A DNA stretch of 35,643 nt from Thermoproteota archaeon (GTDB lineage: Archaea; Thermoproteota; Methanomethylicia; Nezhaarchaeales; WYZ-LMO8), in NCBI GenBank assembly GCA_011605835.1, contig JAAOZJ010000130.1, positions 1-35,643 on the forward strand, read 5' to 3'. Positions 23,481-31,400 of this stretch are shown in pieces. Numbering within the stretch: position 1 is the first letter of the stretch; the number at the start of each line of letters is the position of its first letter. Below the pieces are notes generated by a model. The model saw only the letters and a list, made by a program, of their open reading frames with translations, made no database searches and was not told the DNA's origin. The translations under genes were made by a program, and so were the position numbers.

Positions 23481-24625
23481 AGAGAGGCTTGACGAAGGTA
23501 CAAGCAGTCGCGTTGGTAGCGATCGCGGTAATAGCGGTCGCAATAGCTTATCTATCGCTCAGCTACCTTGGACCATCCCAGCAGAAGCAAGCTCCTGCGA
23601 GCCCCGTGGTCGTGACCGACATCCTAGGGCGCAACATCACGTTGCCTAGCAAGGTCCAAAAGATCGTCGCAATAGGACCTGGGATGCTCAGGCTCGTGTG
23701 CTACTTGAATGCCACGGAGCTACTCGTAGGGGTCGAGGAGAGCGAGACGAAGTGGGGCTTCACTGGCCGAGACTACGCCATGGCCTACGGCGAGCTCTTT
23801 AAGGGCCTGCCAGTGATAGGGCCTGGCGGCCCTGGCAAACCTCCAGCGCCCGAGCTCATAATAGCTGCCAAGCCCGACGTGGTCATAATGAGCAGGACTT
23901 ACTGCGAGTTCTACGACCCCGATAGGCTCCAGAAGGAAGTCAACGCGACCGTCATAGTCATGGACTACGGCCCCGCGGGGTACCTCGACGTCGAGGCCAT
24001 CTCCAAGGCCTTAACGACCCTAGGGAAGGTCCTGAACCGCGAGGAGAGGGCCAAGCAACTAGTCGACCTCATTAAGAGCGTGTGCGAGGACCTAGACAAA
24101 AGGACCAAGGACGTGAGCTCGAGGCCTAAGGTCTACGTGGGGGCGGTGTCGTACAGAGGGCCTCAACCGTTCACGTCGACTCAATCGCCCTTCCCGCCTC
24201 TAGCCCTGTTGAACACACCGTCTATAGCCGACAAGTACGCTAAGCCCAGCGGCTTCGTCAGCTTGGACTTCGAGGTGATAATAGCGGAGCAACCCAAGGT
24301 GATATTCATAGACGAAAACAATCTACAGACCGTGAAGATGGACTTCGACAAAGATCCCAATAAGTACTTGCAGCTAGAGGCCTTTAAGGAGGGCAGGGTC
24401 TACGGCACTCTGCCATACAATTACTACCACACTAACATCGCAGTCGCTCTGGCCAACGCATACTACATAGGCAAGATATTGTACCCAGACAAGTTCAAGG
24501 ACGTGGACCCCGAGAAGAAGGCTGACGAGATATTTCAAGCGTTCCTCGGAAAGCCCCTCTATCGTGCTTATGCTGAAGCGTACGGAGGCTTCAGGTGCTT
24601 AGCGGGCTTCTTCAGGGTGCCATAG
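23477..24625 (+). CDS. ABC transporter substrate-binding protein, FecB/BtuF (iron-chelate/corrinoid) class, membrane-anchored
   Basis: The GTG at 23477 gives VKRGLTKVQAVALVAIAVIAVAIAYL (N-terminal anchor). ILGRNITLPSKVQKIVAIGPGMLRLV and KPDVVIMS follow, typical of PF01497-type binding proteins. Confidence 0.8.
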   Translation: MKRGLTKVQAVALVAIAVIAVAIAYLSLSYLGPSQQKQAPASPVVVTDILGRNITLPSKVQKIVAIGPGMLRLVCYLNATELLVGVEESETKWGFTGRDYAMAYGELFKGLPVIGPGGPGKPPAPELIIAAKPDVVIMSRTYCEFYDPDRLQKEVNATVIVMDYGPAGYLDVEAISKALTTLGKVLNREERAKQLVDLIKSVCEDLDKRTKDVSSRPKVYVGAVSYRGPQPFTSTQSPFPPLALLNTPSIADKYAKPSGFVSLDFEVIIAEQPKVIFIDENNLQTVKMDFDKDPNKYLQLEAFKEGRVYGTLPYNYYHTNIAVALANAYYIGKILYPDKFKDVDPEKKADEIFQAFLGKPLYRAYAEAYGGFRCLAGFFRVP

Positions 24626-25669
24626 ATGAGGGGCTCGGCCCCTAGAAAACGGGCAATACTGACCGCCCTAATCCTCCTCACCTTCTTTTTGGTCCCGTTG
24701 TCAATCTGGTTGGGCTACTACAAGGCTTCGATGGCCGACATCCTCCGCGTGCTCTTCATGCCCGACAACAGCCCCCTGTCGACCGTAGTGTGGGACTTGA
24801 GGCTCAGGAGGATCTTGGCAGCCATAGTAATAGGTGCCGTCTTGGGAGGAGCTGGCGCCGCCATTCAAGCTGTCATGCGCAACCCCTTGGCCTCGCCGTT
24901 CACCTTTGGCCTCTCATTCGCCGCCTCCCTCGGGGTGGCCGTCGCTCTCTTGATACTGCAGGGAGGAGCTCTTCAGCGCTACCAGATCTATGTCTACAAC
25001 CCGTTTATGGTCTCGATGTGCGCGTTCGCCTTCTCGCTTGTCCAAGTATTGGTAGTCCTCTTGCTGGCGTACAAGGCTGGGCTGAGCGCTGGCTCTCTGG
25101 TACTATCGGCTATAGCCACTTCATTCGCCTACCAAGCCGTGCTGTACCTTCTGCAGTACTTCTACCTCAACGAAGTATTGGTCTCAACCGTGGTTTTCTG
25201 GACATTCGGGGACTTGGGGAGGATATCTTGGGAGGAGCTCAGGCTCGTCGCAACGGCCTCGGCCCTCTTAGTCATCCCCTACTTCATCTACAGGAGCTTG
25301 GACTACGACCTGATCTTGGGGGGAGACGAGCTGGCCAAGTCCTCTGGCGTAAGCCCTGAGAGGTTGAGAGTGGAGACAACGGTCCTCGCGGCCTTAGGGA
25401 CCGCGTTGGCAACGTCGTTCGTTGGGGTCATAGGCTTCGTCTGCCTTCTAGCCCCTCACGCCGCTAGGTTACTTGTCGGCGGTGGGCATAGGTACTTGAT
25501 GCCGACGTCCATGGTCATGGGCTCCCTCATACTTTTGCTCTCCGACACGCTCGGCCGGACGATAATCTCGCCCATAGTCATTCCGGTGGGGATAATGACC
25601 TCCTTGCTCGGCGTCCCGCTCTTGGTCTACCTGTTAATCAGAGGTGGCGGACATGGTTATAGAGATTGA
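24626..25669 (+). CDS. ABC transporter permease, FecCD/BtuC family
   Basis: 347 aa polytopic protein. RLRRILAAIVIGAVLGGAGAAIQAVMRNPLASP and the C-terminal IPVGIMTSLLGVPLLVYLL are FecCD signatures. The start abuts the stop of the binding-protein gene. Confidence 0.85.
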   Translation: MRGSAPRKRAILTALILLTFFLVPLSIWLGYYKASMADILRVLFMPDNSPLSTVVWDLRLRRILAAIVIGAVLGGAGAAIQAVMRNPLASPFTFGLSFAASLGVAVALLILQGGALQRYQIYVYNPFMVSMCAFAFSLVQVLVVLLLAYKAGLSAGSLVLSAIATSFAYQAVLYLLQYFYLNEVLVSTVVFWTFGDLGRISWEELRLVATASALLVIPYFIYRSLDYDLILGGDELAKSSGVSPERLRVETTVLAALGTALATSFVGVIGFVCLLAPHAARLLVGGGHRYLMPTSMVMGSLILLLSDTLGRTIISPIVIPVGIMTSLLGVPLLVYLLIRGGGHGYRD

Positions 25670-26411
25670 AGTGAGGGGCGTGAAGGTGTATTACAAGAGC
25701 GTGAGGGCGCTCGACGGCGTATCCTTGAGCGTGAGGAATGGCGAAGTCCTATCGATAATAGGGCCCAACGGAGCTGGCAAGAGCACTCTTCTGAGGGTGA
25801 TAAACGGAGTCTTGAAGCCCCACGTGGGGACGGTCCTCATAGACAAGACGTCCCTTCACGACTTGCGGCCGAGGGACGTAGCTAGAAAGGTAGGATACGT
25901 GCCGCAAAGATTGCGAGCCACGGGCATGCTGACAGTCTACGACTTCGTCATGACCGGCAGGAGGCCCCACGTGAGCTTCGCACCAACTAAGGAGGATGAG
26001 GAGAAGGTCTACGAAGCGCTTAAGGTTGTTAGGCTTTCCGACCTCGCCGACAGAGCTCTGGAGGAGCTGAGCGGAGGAGAGCTCCAGAGAGCCGTGATAG
26101 CTAGAGCCCTAGCGGGGGAGCCGGAGGTAGTGCTCTTAGACGAGCCCACAAGCAACTTAGACCTTAAGTACCAGCTAGAGGTCTTGAGCCTCGTGAGGTC
26201 TCTCAGCAATAGGGGCTTGATAGTCATAATGGCACTGCACGACCTCACTCAGGCCTACAGGGCTTCTGACAAAATCCTGTTGTTGAACAGCGGCAAGGTC
26301 GTCGCTGTTGGAGATCCCGACGAAGTCCTCCGGCCAGATCTGATATCGAAGGTCTACGGAGTCCCGGTGATAATCATCAAGGAGCACAAAATAATCGTGC
26401 CATTGTTCTAG
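25653..26411 (+). CDS. ABC transporter ATP-binding protein (FepC/BtuD-like)
   Basis: Walker A GPNGAGKST, signature LSGGELQR, Walker B VVLLDEPTSNLD and an H-loop ALHDL are all present. The ATG at 25653 has GAGGTGG 6 nt upstream. GTG 25644 is an alternative start. It overlaps the permease 3' end. Confidence 0.9.
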   Translation: MVIEIEVRGVKVYYKSVRALDGVSLSVRNGEVLSIIGPNGAGKSTLLRVINGVLKPHVGTVLIDKTSLHDLRPRDVARKVGYVPQRLRATGMLTVYDFVMTGRRPHVSFAPTKEDEEKVYEALKVVRLSDLADRALEELSGGELQRAVIARALAGEPEVVLLDEPTSNLDLKYQLEVLSLVRSLSNRGLIVIMALHDLTQAYRASDKILLLNSGKVVAVGDPDEVLRPDLISKVYGVPVIIIKEHKIIVPLF

Positions 26412-26512
26412 GGGCTCTGACAACACTGAAGGAGTCATCAGCTCACGGAGGATTAATTGGTGGGACAGGAAAAATTATAAGTGGGTTCTTAGCCCTTTGC
26501 ATAGGTGGGACC

Positions 26513-26785
26513 ATGAATGTCCTAAGGGTTAGGAGGGCCGACGCGAAGGGCAGGGTTTACCTATCGAAGGAGTTGAAGGGCTTGGAGCTCTACATGGCTG
26601 AACTTGATGGCGTAATCCTCCTCTCTACCTCAAGGGAGCGTATCTTGTCGGCCGTCGAGCAACTGGCACCTCGCAACGCCCTAAGGGAGTATCTCGCAAT
26701 CTTAGAGGAGCTCGAAGAGCCTGCTCCAAAGGAGGTCGAGGCTCTTGCGAGGTCGGGAGCGTGGAGGAGCGTGGAGGAGCAATAG
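26513..26785 (+). CDS. AbrB/SpoVT-fold antitoxin (VapB-like)
   Basis: MNVLRVRRADAKGRVYLSKELKGLELYMAELDGVILLS is the swapped-hairpin AbrB motif. It overlaps the downstream PIN gene by 25 nt. AAAAATTATAAG lies ~35 nt upstream. Confidence 0.7.
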   Translation: MNVLRVRRADAKGRVYLSKELKGLELYMAELDGVILLSTSRERILSAVEQLAPRNALREYLAILEELEEPAPKEVEALARSGAWRSVEEQ

Positions 26786-27183
26786 TTGACACGTGCGTCT
26801 TGGCATCTAAGAAACTTGGAGCTCTGAAAGCTCTTAACGTAAAGCCATACGTCACTCCTGTCGTCCTACTCGAGTACTTCAACTGGGCGCTGGAATCAAG
26901 AAACCTCAGGTTAGCGAGAGGAGACGTCGAGAGGGCTAAAGGTTATGAGCGCTTAATCGAGTTGCTACCTTTGGTGTTAGCGGAGCTCGGGATGGAAGTC
27001 TTAGAGCAGAGGTTTACGATCGCAGAGCTCAGAGAAGTCGCTAACTTGATCTTACAACGAAGCGTGGACCCCGGAGATGCGCTCAACGCGGTCACGGCCA
27101 AGAAGGAGAAGATGGGCATCGTGACGCTTGACGAAGACTGGCAACGCCTCTCGGATTACGTGACCGCCGTGATCACTCTCTGA
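26761..27183 (+). CDS. PIN-domain ribonuclease toxin (VapC-like)
   Basis: Acidic residues sit in PIN positions: IVDTCVL, LLEY, DPGDAL, TLDEDW. The GTG start lies in the first unit of a 10-bp tandem duplication. Confidence 0.7.
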   Translation: MEERGGAIVDTCVLASKKLGALKALNVKPYVTPVVLLEYFNWALESRNLRLARGDVERAKGYERLIELLPLVLAELGMEVLEQRFTIAELREVANLILQRSVDPGDALNAVTAKKEKMGIVTLDEDWQRLSDYVTAVITL

Positions 27184-27461
27184 GTCGCTACGCCATCGAG
27201 AAGGTCTCGTGAAGTCTGGAGGTCAAAGCAATTTTCCTGGTATTTTTTAGCGTTAGAGGTTATGCCTGAGCTACGATATGTTCCATTCGTTATGCAGTAA
27301 TGAGCACATAATTAATGCTTGAAAGATAGAAAGCGGTGAGCATTTTCATCGCACGGCAGGTTTTCATGATAAAAAGACGTCGTCTACCATATTAACCTCG
27401 ACCCTTCTCAGCAACTCGAGAAAAATAGTTAAAGAGGCCGAAAAGAGAATCAGCTCGGCGC

Positions 27462-27861
27462 TTGAGATTGAGCTTCGAGGAGGCCGAAAAGCTGAGGAAA
27501 AGAGCTGAGGGTTTCCTCAGGAACGCCATGCGCTTAATTGATGAAGGAGAGGCCGACTTGGCCATCTCTAACCTAGAACAGTGCTGCCAGACTCATGCTC
27601 AAGTACAGGTTGCTGATCACAAAGGGAACGTACTTGCGGACGCGCTCGCTCAGGAGGCTGATAAAGGAGCTCGGAGAGGTGGACTCAAGGGTCTTGACGT
27701 TGATCAGCGACTTAAGGAACTTGCACTACGTCGCGCGCCTCGAGGAGTCCTACATAGCTTCGAGGTACCTCCCCATCGAGTATACAATAGAGGAGGTCAA
27801 GGACGTTGCCAAGTTTGTCTTGGAGGTGTTCAAGCCGCTTGTCGAGTCAGCGCAGGCCTGA
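27462..27861 (+). pseudogene. HEPN-domain protein, apparently disrupted by a +1 frameshift near 27577-27597
   Basis: The N-terminal HEPN helices (EKLRKRAEGFLRNAMRLIDEGEADLAISNLEQCCQ) are in frame 0. The rest (LMLKYRLLITKG...LRNLHYVARLEESYIASRYLP...) is in frame +1, open from 27577. Joined, they give a normal ~130-aa HEPN protein. Confidence 0.55.
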
Positions 27862-28159
27862 CCTCTACTACCTCAGGAACTACCTAGAGGTCGCCAAGAG
27901 AGTGAAGGAAGTGATACACTCGATAGACCCCAGCGCGAGGGTCTACGTCTTCAGCTCTGTTGTGCGAGGGGATTACACGGCCTCGAGCGATATAGACCTG
28001 CTCGTCGTGACCCTCAACGCGAAGATGAAGTACGACATCATGGTCGCGGTGTATAAAGAGATCGAAGCGCCTGTGGAGTTGCATGTAACAACACCGGATG
28101 TCTTTGAGAGGTGGTATAAGAGGTTCATAAAGCCGGGAGAAATGAAGGAGGTCGCGTAG
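27839..28159 (+). CDS. Minimal nucleotidyltransferase (MNT, Pol-beta superfamily), partner of the HEPN gene
   Basis: VYVFSSVVRGDYTASSDIDLLVV is the GS-x9-DxD nucleotidyltransferase motif. The TTG at 27839 overlaps the HEPN 3' end. ATG 27806 in the ORF track is an alternative start. Confidence 0.75.
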   Translation: MSSQRRPDLYYLRNYLEVAKRVKEVIHSIDPSARVYVFSSVVRGDYTASSDIDLLVVTLNAKMKYDIMVAVYKEIEAPVELHVTTPDVFERWYKRFIKPGEMKEVA

Positions 28160-28165
28160 AGTTGA

Positions 28166-28261
28166 TGGCCCGGCCGGGATTTGAACCCGGGTCTCCGGCT
28201 CGAAAGGCCGGGATACTTGACCTGGCTCTACGGCCCACGCAGGCCTCTATACGACCGGGCC
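28166..28261 (-). tRNA. tRNA-Glu (anticodon UUC) with a ~21-nt intron in the D-loop
   Basis: The reverse complement reads GGCCCGG-TC-GTAT-AG[AGGCCTGCGTGGGCCGTAGAG]CCAGGTCAA-GTAT-C-CCGGC-CTTTCGA-GCCGG-AGAC-CCGGG-TTCAAAT-CCCGG-CCGGGCC-A. Removing 21 nt restores a normal 75-nt cloverleaf. The intron core forms a GGCC-TGCGTG-GGCC helix. Confidence 0.8.
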
Positions 28262-28365
28262 CTTGTCTACGATTTTAGCGCGAGCTCTTAAATGTTAGGT
28301 CTTTTGTGCCTAGGTTAGCTTTATTTCATCGAACTCACAATATATCCTCGGTGTCCTGCTTGGAC

Positions 28366-29094
28366 GTGAAGATAGTCGGTAGGGGGTTTAGAGAGAGCTG
28401 GCTCGTCGTCGGGCTTCCAGATGCAGGGCTCGTGGGCGCTATCTCGGCGGCCCACGTGGTCAGGGCGCTGGGCTTGGAGGCTGTCGCCTACGTCGAGAGC
28501 GAGCTACTGCCGCCCGTGATAGTCGTCCACCAGTCCAAGGTCTGCGACCCGATGAGGGTCTTCGGCAGGCAGGGCTTGATGGTCTTGAGTAGCGAGGTCC
28601 CGGTTCACCCCTCGCTCGTCTACCCGCTGGGCAAGAGCGTAGTCGAGTGGGCCGTGAGGGAGGGGGCTAAGGGGATAATAACCATTACCGGCATCGCCGT
28701 GCCGAACAGGCTTGAGATAGAGACTCCGGAGGTCTACGGCATAGCGGGCAACTCCGAGCTCTATGACGTGCTGGCCAAGGCCAACGTCAAGAGCTTCGAG
28801 GAGGGCTTCGTGGTCGGGCCCGCGGCGGTAATGATGAAGGAGGGCATAAAGAGGGGGCTCCCGACTATGACGCTCTTGGCCCAGTGCTTCTTGGAGTACC
28901 CGGACCCCGGCGCTGCTGCCCAAGCGCTCACGGCATTGAACAGGATACTCGATATAAACGTGGACGTCAAGCCGTTGCTTGAGGAGGCCGAGATGATAAG
29001 GGTGAGGACGCGCGAGCTCATGAGGAGGACGGCGGAGGTCATGAAGCAGATGAGGAAGGGCCACGAGTACGAGGTCCCGTTGATGTACACGTAG
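28366..29094 (+). CDS. PAC2-family proteasome assembly chaperone-like protein (PbaA/PbaB-like)
   Basis: WLVVGLPDAGLVGAISAAHVVRALGLEAVAYVESELLPPVIVVH is the PAC2 (DUF75) N-terminal core. The GTG at 28366 lies ~22 nt downstream of AATATAT. GTG 28306 is the alternative start. Confidence 0.7.
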   Translation: MKIVGRGFRESWLVVGLPDAGLVGAISAAHVVRALGLEAVAYVESELLPPVIVVHQSKVCDPMRVFGRQGLMVLSSEVPVHPSLVYPLGKSVVEWAVREGAKGIITITGIAVPNRLEIETPEVYGIAGNSELYDVLAKANVKSFEEGFVVGPAAVMMKEGIKRGLPTMTLLAQCFLEYPDPGAAAQALTALNRILDINVDVKPLLEEAEMIRVRTRELMRRTAEVMKQMRKGHEYEVPLMYT

Positions 29095-29096
29095 AG

Positions 29097-29531
29097 GTGG
29101 CGCATGTGTTCAGAAGGAGGAGGACTATCTTCGAGTCTATATCAGACCTCTTGGACGAGATCAGGGGCGAGGTCGAGAGGTTATCGTCGCTCTTCGAGGA
29201 CTTAGAGGAGCCCATGTGGAACGCCAGTGAGTGCTGCCTCATCCCCCTGTCCACGATAAGGGACTTGGGGGACGAGTACGAGGTCGTCGTCGACCTGCCC
29301 CTAGTCGACAGCGGCAAGATAAACGTCTACGTGGAGGGCGAGGACACCTTGAAGGTCGAGGCGGAGATAAGGGAGGGGGTCAGGTTCGAGCGCTGGGGGA
29401 CAGTTCAGAAGAACGTCGAGTTCCGGAGGTACAGGAAGATTGTGAGGTTCCCCGAGCCCGTCGATCCCACGTCTTTGAGGATAGTGTCGTTCAAGCAAGG
29501 GTTCTTGGTCGTCAGGGTCAGAAAAGTTTGA
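29097..29531 (+). CDS. Small heat-shock protein, Hsp20/alpha-crystallin family
   Basis: DLGDEYEVVVDLPLVDSGKINVYVEGEDTLKVEAE...FRRYRKIVRFPEPVDPTSLRIVSFKQGFLVVRV is the alpha-crystallin domain pattern. Confidence 0.8.
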   Translation: MAHVFRRRRTIFESISDLLDEIRGEVERLSSLFEDLEEPMWNASECCLIPLSTIRDLGDEYEVVVDLPLVDSGKINVYVEGEDTLKVEAEIREGVRFERWGTVQKNVEFRRYRKIVRFPEPVDPTSLRIVSFKQGFLVVRVRKV

Positions 29532-30942
29532 GATCTAGGTCGACGTCCCCCCTCTCGATCAGCATGGCCCTGACCCTCTCCGCCACCTCGACCACGGCGT
29601 CGTAGAGCTTGGCCGTTATCGCGCCTTTATTCACGAGTTCTCTGGCCTTGTCCAAGTCTAGGACCCGGACCTCTCCGTTAGGCTTGGCCACTACGTCCAC
29701 TTCTAGGTCGACGTACCTGACCCTTTTAGGCGCTATCTCCACGGGGGTCGAGATGTTGACGTAGATCCCCTTCAGGGTCCCTCCCTTGTCGTAGTAGGCG
29801 GTCTTCGATATAGGCGACCCGAGCCTGTAGGTCGAGAGGCCGTAGTCCCCCTCCTCCTTCGGAACTCCGAGGCCGTCGTAGACCCCGCCGCCCTTGAACC
29901 TCCTCCTTAGTGTAACGGTCGCGCTCTCGACGTCGAAGTCCTCCACGACCCCCGGCGTCAGCTCGTACACCCTGCCATCGGGCTTCACGTGCTCCACGAC
30001 CATTCTCGCCCCCTCCTTGACCACGCTCCTCGTGATCACGCTGGAGGCCATGGCACCAGCTCCCGAGCCTAGAGGGAGAAAGGCCATGAGCTTCTCCACG
30101 ACGTCGACGGCGTACGCGTACTTCCTCCCCCAGCTCTTTATCAAGTGGTGGTTGGGCATGGTGGTGACTACGAGGCCTCGGAGCTCGTCGAGGCGCTTCT
30201 TGCTCCCGTAAGGCACCATGACCACGTAGCGCGTCGGCGGCTCGTAGACGAGGCAAGGTGCCTTGGACTCTTGAGCCCTCTGCATCAGCTTCAGGGCCTC
30301 CTCCTTCAACCTCTGGAGCTCCTCGAGTAACTCGCTCATGCTCGCTGTTAATGCCTCCCTCTTCCACTGTACTCCCCAGTCCGGCGGCCTCATCAAATTG
30401 CCTAAGTTCATCAACTTACTGGTCGTAGTCGGGGGCGCGTCTTTAGGCGTGGAGACCCAGCCCTCCTTCACCAAGTCCGCATAGCGGCCGATTATCCTCA
30501 CTCTCTTCGTCAGGGCAACGTGATTGCCCTTGGAATTCGCGTTCCTGATCGGCGAGACCATAACTTCCTGCCCCTCCACGAGCTTCTCGGGCAAGAGGCC
30601 CATACCCTCGCCGTAGTTTATGTAAGAACCCCTTTCGTCTACTTTCTCGACGATCCCTTTGTAGATCTCGTAGCCAGCCTTCTTGCTCACGACGACGACG
30701 TCAGGCAGGCTCTCCATTAAGAGCCCCACGACCTCGCGAGCCCTGGGGCCCTCGACGGCTATGGAGCCCTGGGGCGGCTTGTAGTCCCTGATAACCGCGT
30801 CCCACTCCTTGGGCGGGTCTTTGAGCCCGAACCTCTCGGCCGTGGTGGTCGAGGGCTTGGCGATCTTGAAGCCGTGGTCGAGCAGTAGCTTGACAAGGGC
30901 CGTCGTGTATATCCCCCTAACCATCACGGAGACATCGGCCAC
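29518..30942 (-). CDS. FAU-1 / RNase E/G-like RNA-binding ribonuclease (DUF402-containing)
   Basis: 474 aa. The N-terminus VRGIYTTALVKLLLDHGFKIAKPS is typical of archaeal FAU-1. The length and C-terminal DUF402-like region are consistent with this call. Confidence 0.75.
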   Translation of the reverse strand: MADVSVMVRGIYTTALVKLLLDHGFKIAKPSTTTAERFGLKDPPKEWDAVIRDYKPPQGSIAVEGPRAREVVGLLMESLPDVVVVSKKAGYEIYKGIVEKVDERGSYINYGEGMGLLPEKLVEGQEVMVSPIRNANSKGNHVALTKRVRIIGRYADLVKEGWVSTPKDAPPTTTSKLMNLGNLMRPPDWGVQWKREALTASMSELLEELQRLKEEALKLMQRAQESKAPCLVYEPPTRYVVMVPYGSKKRLDELRGLVVTTMPNHHLIKSWGRKYAYAVDVVEKLMAFLPLGSGAGAMASSVITRSVVKEGARMVVEHVKPDGRVYELTPGVVEDFDVESATVTLRRRFKGGGVYDGLGVPKEEGDYGLSTYRLGSPISKTAYYDKGGTLKGIYVNISTPVEIAPKRVRYVDLEVDVVAKPNGEVRVLDLDKARELVNKGAITAKLYDAVVEVAERVRAMLIERGDVDLDLKLF

Positions 30943-31059
30943 GGCGAAGCACCCACGTCCTCTCGCCTACCGCGTTCGACTTTATTATGAAAGATTTTTA
31001 AGAAAGAGCTTAAGCCTTTTCTTATCAGGCTCTGCATCTGCTCTCCCTCCTGGCTTGCT

Positions 31060-31347
31060 TTGCGCGAGGTGTCGTCTGTGTCTGCCGAGAGTGACGTCGA
31101 GCGTAAGATACAGCAAGCCATCACGGTTCTGCAGAGAATAGCCGACGACCTCGGGGTTCCCCGAAACATCAGGAGGGCTTGCAGCGAATCAATAAAGGTC
31201 TTGAAGGACAAGAAGTACACGCCCGGCGTAAGGGCGGCGAACGCCATAAGCATACTCGACGAGTGCAGCCAAGATCCCAACATGCCGCTCTTCGCCAGGA
31301 CGGCCATCTGGCAAGCCGTCAGCATACTGGAGCAGGTGAAGGATTAG
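31060..31347 (+). CDS. UPF0147 family protein
   Basis: IQQAITVLQRIADDLGVPRNIRRACSESIKVLKD...VRAANAISILDECSQDPNMPLFARTAIWQAVSILE is the UPF0147 pattern. The exact start is uncertain (TTG 31060 or GTG 31069). Confidence 0.7.
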   Translation: MREVSSVSAESDVERKIQQAITVLQRIADDLGVPRNIRRACSESIKVLKDKKYTPGVRAANAISILDECSQDPNMPLFARTAIWQAVSILEQVKD

Positions 31348-31400
31348 AAGCCTAGGTCGGTGGTCTCCTCGTGAGCAGGGATAGGGACGAGGCCGTTAGG

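Noticed and set aside
27595-27861. Independent 88-aa HEPN gene starting at ATG 27595, with 27462-27887 as a separate 141-aa protein
   Set aside because: The 3' two-thirds of the 141-aa ORF is Arg/Gly/Ala-rich out-of-frame sequence. The HEPN N-terminal helices are found only in its first ~42 codons. The pseudogene/frameshift interpretation is more parsimonious. Expression of the 88-aa fragment cannot be excluded.
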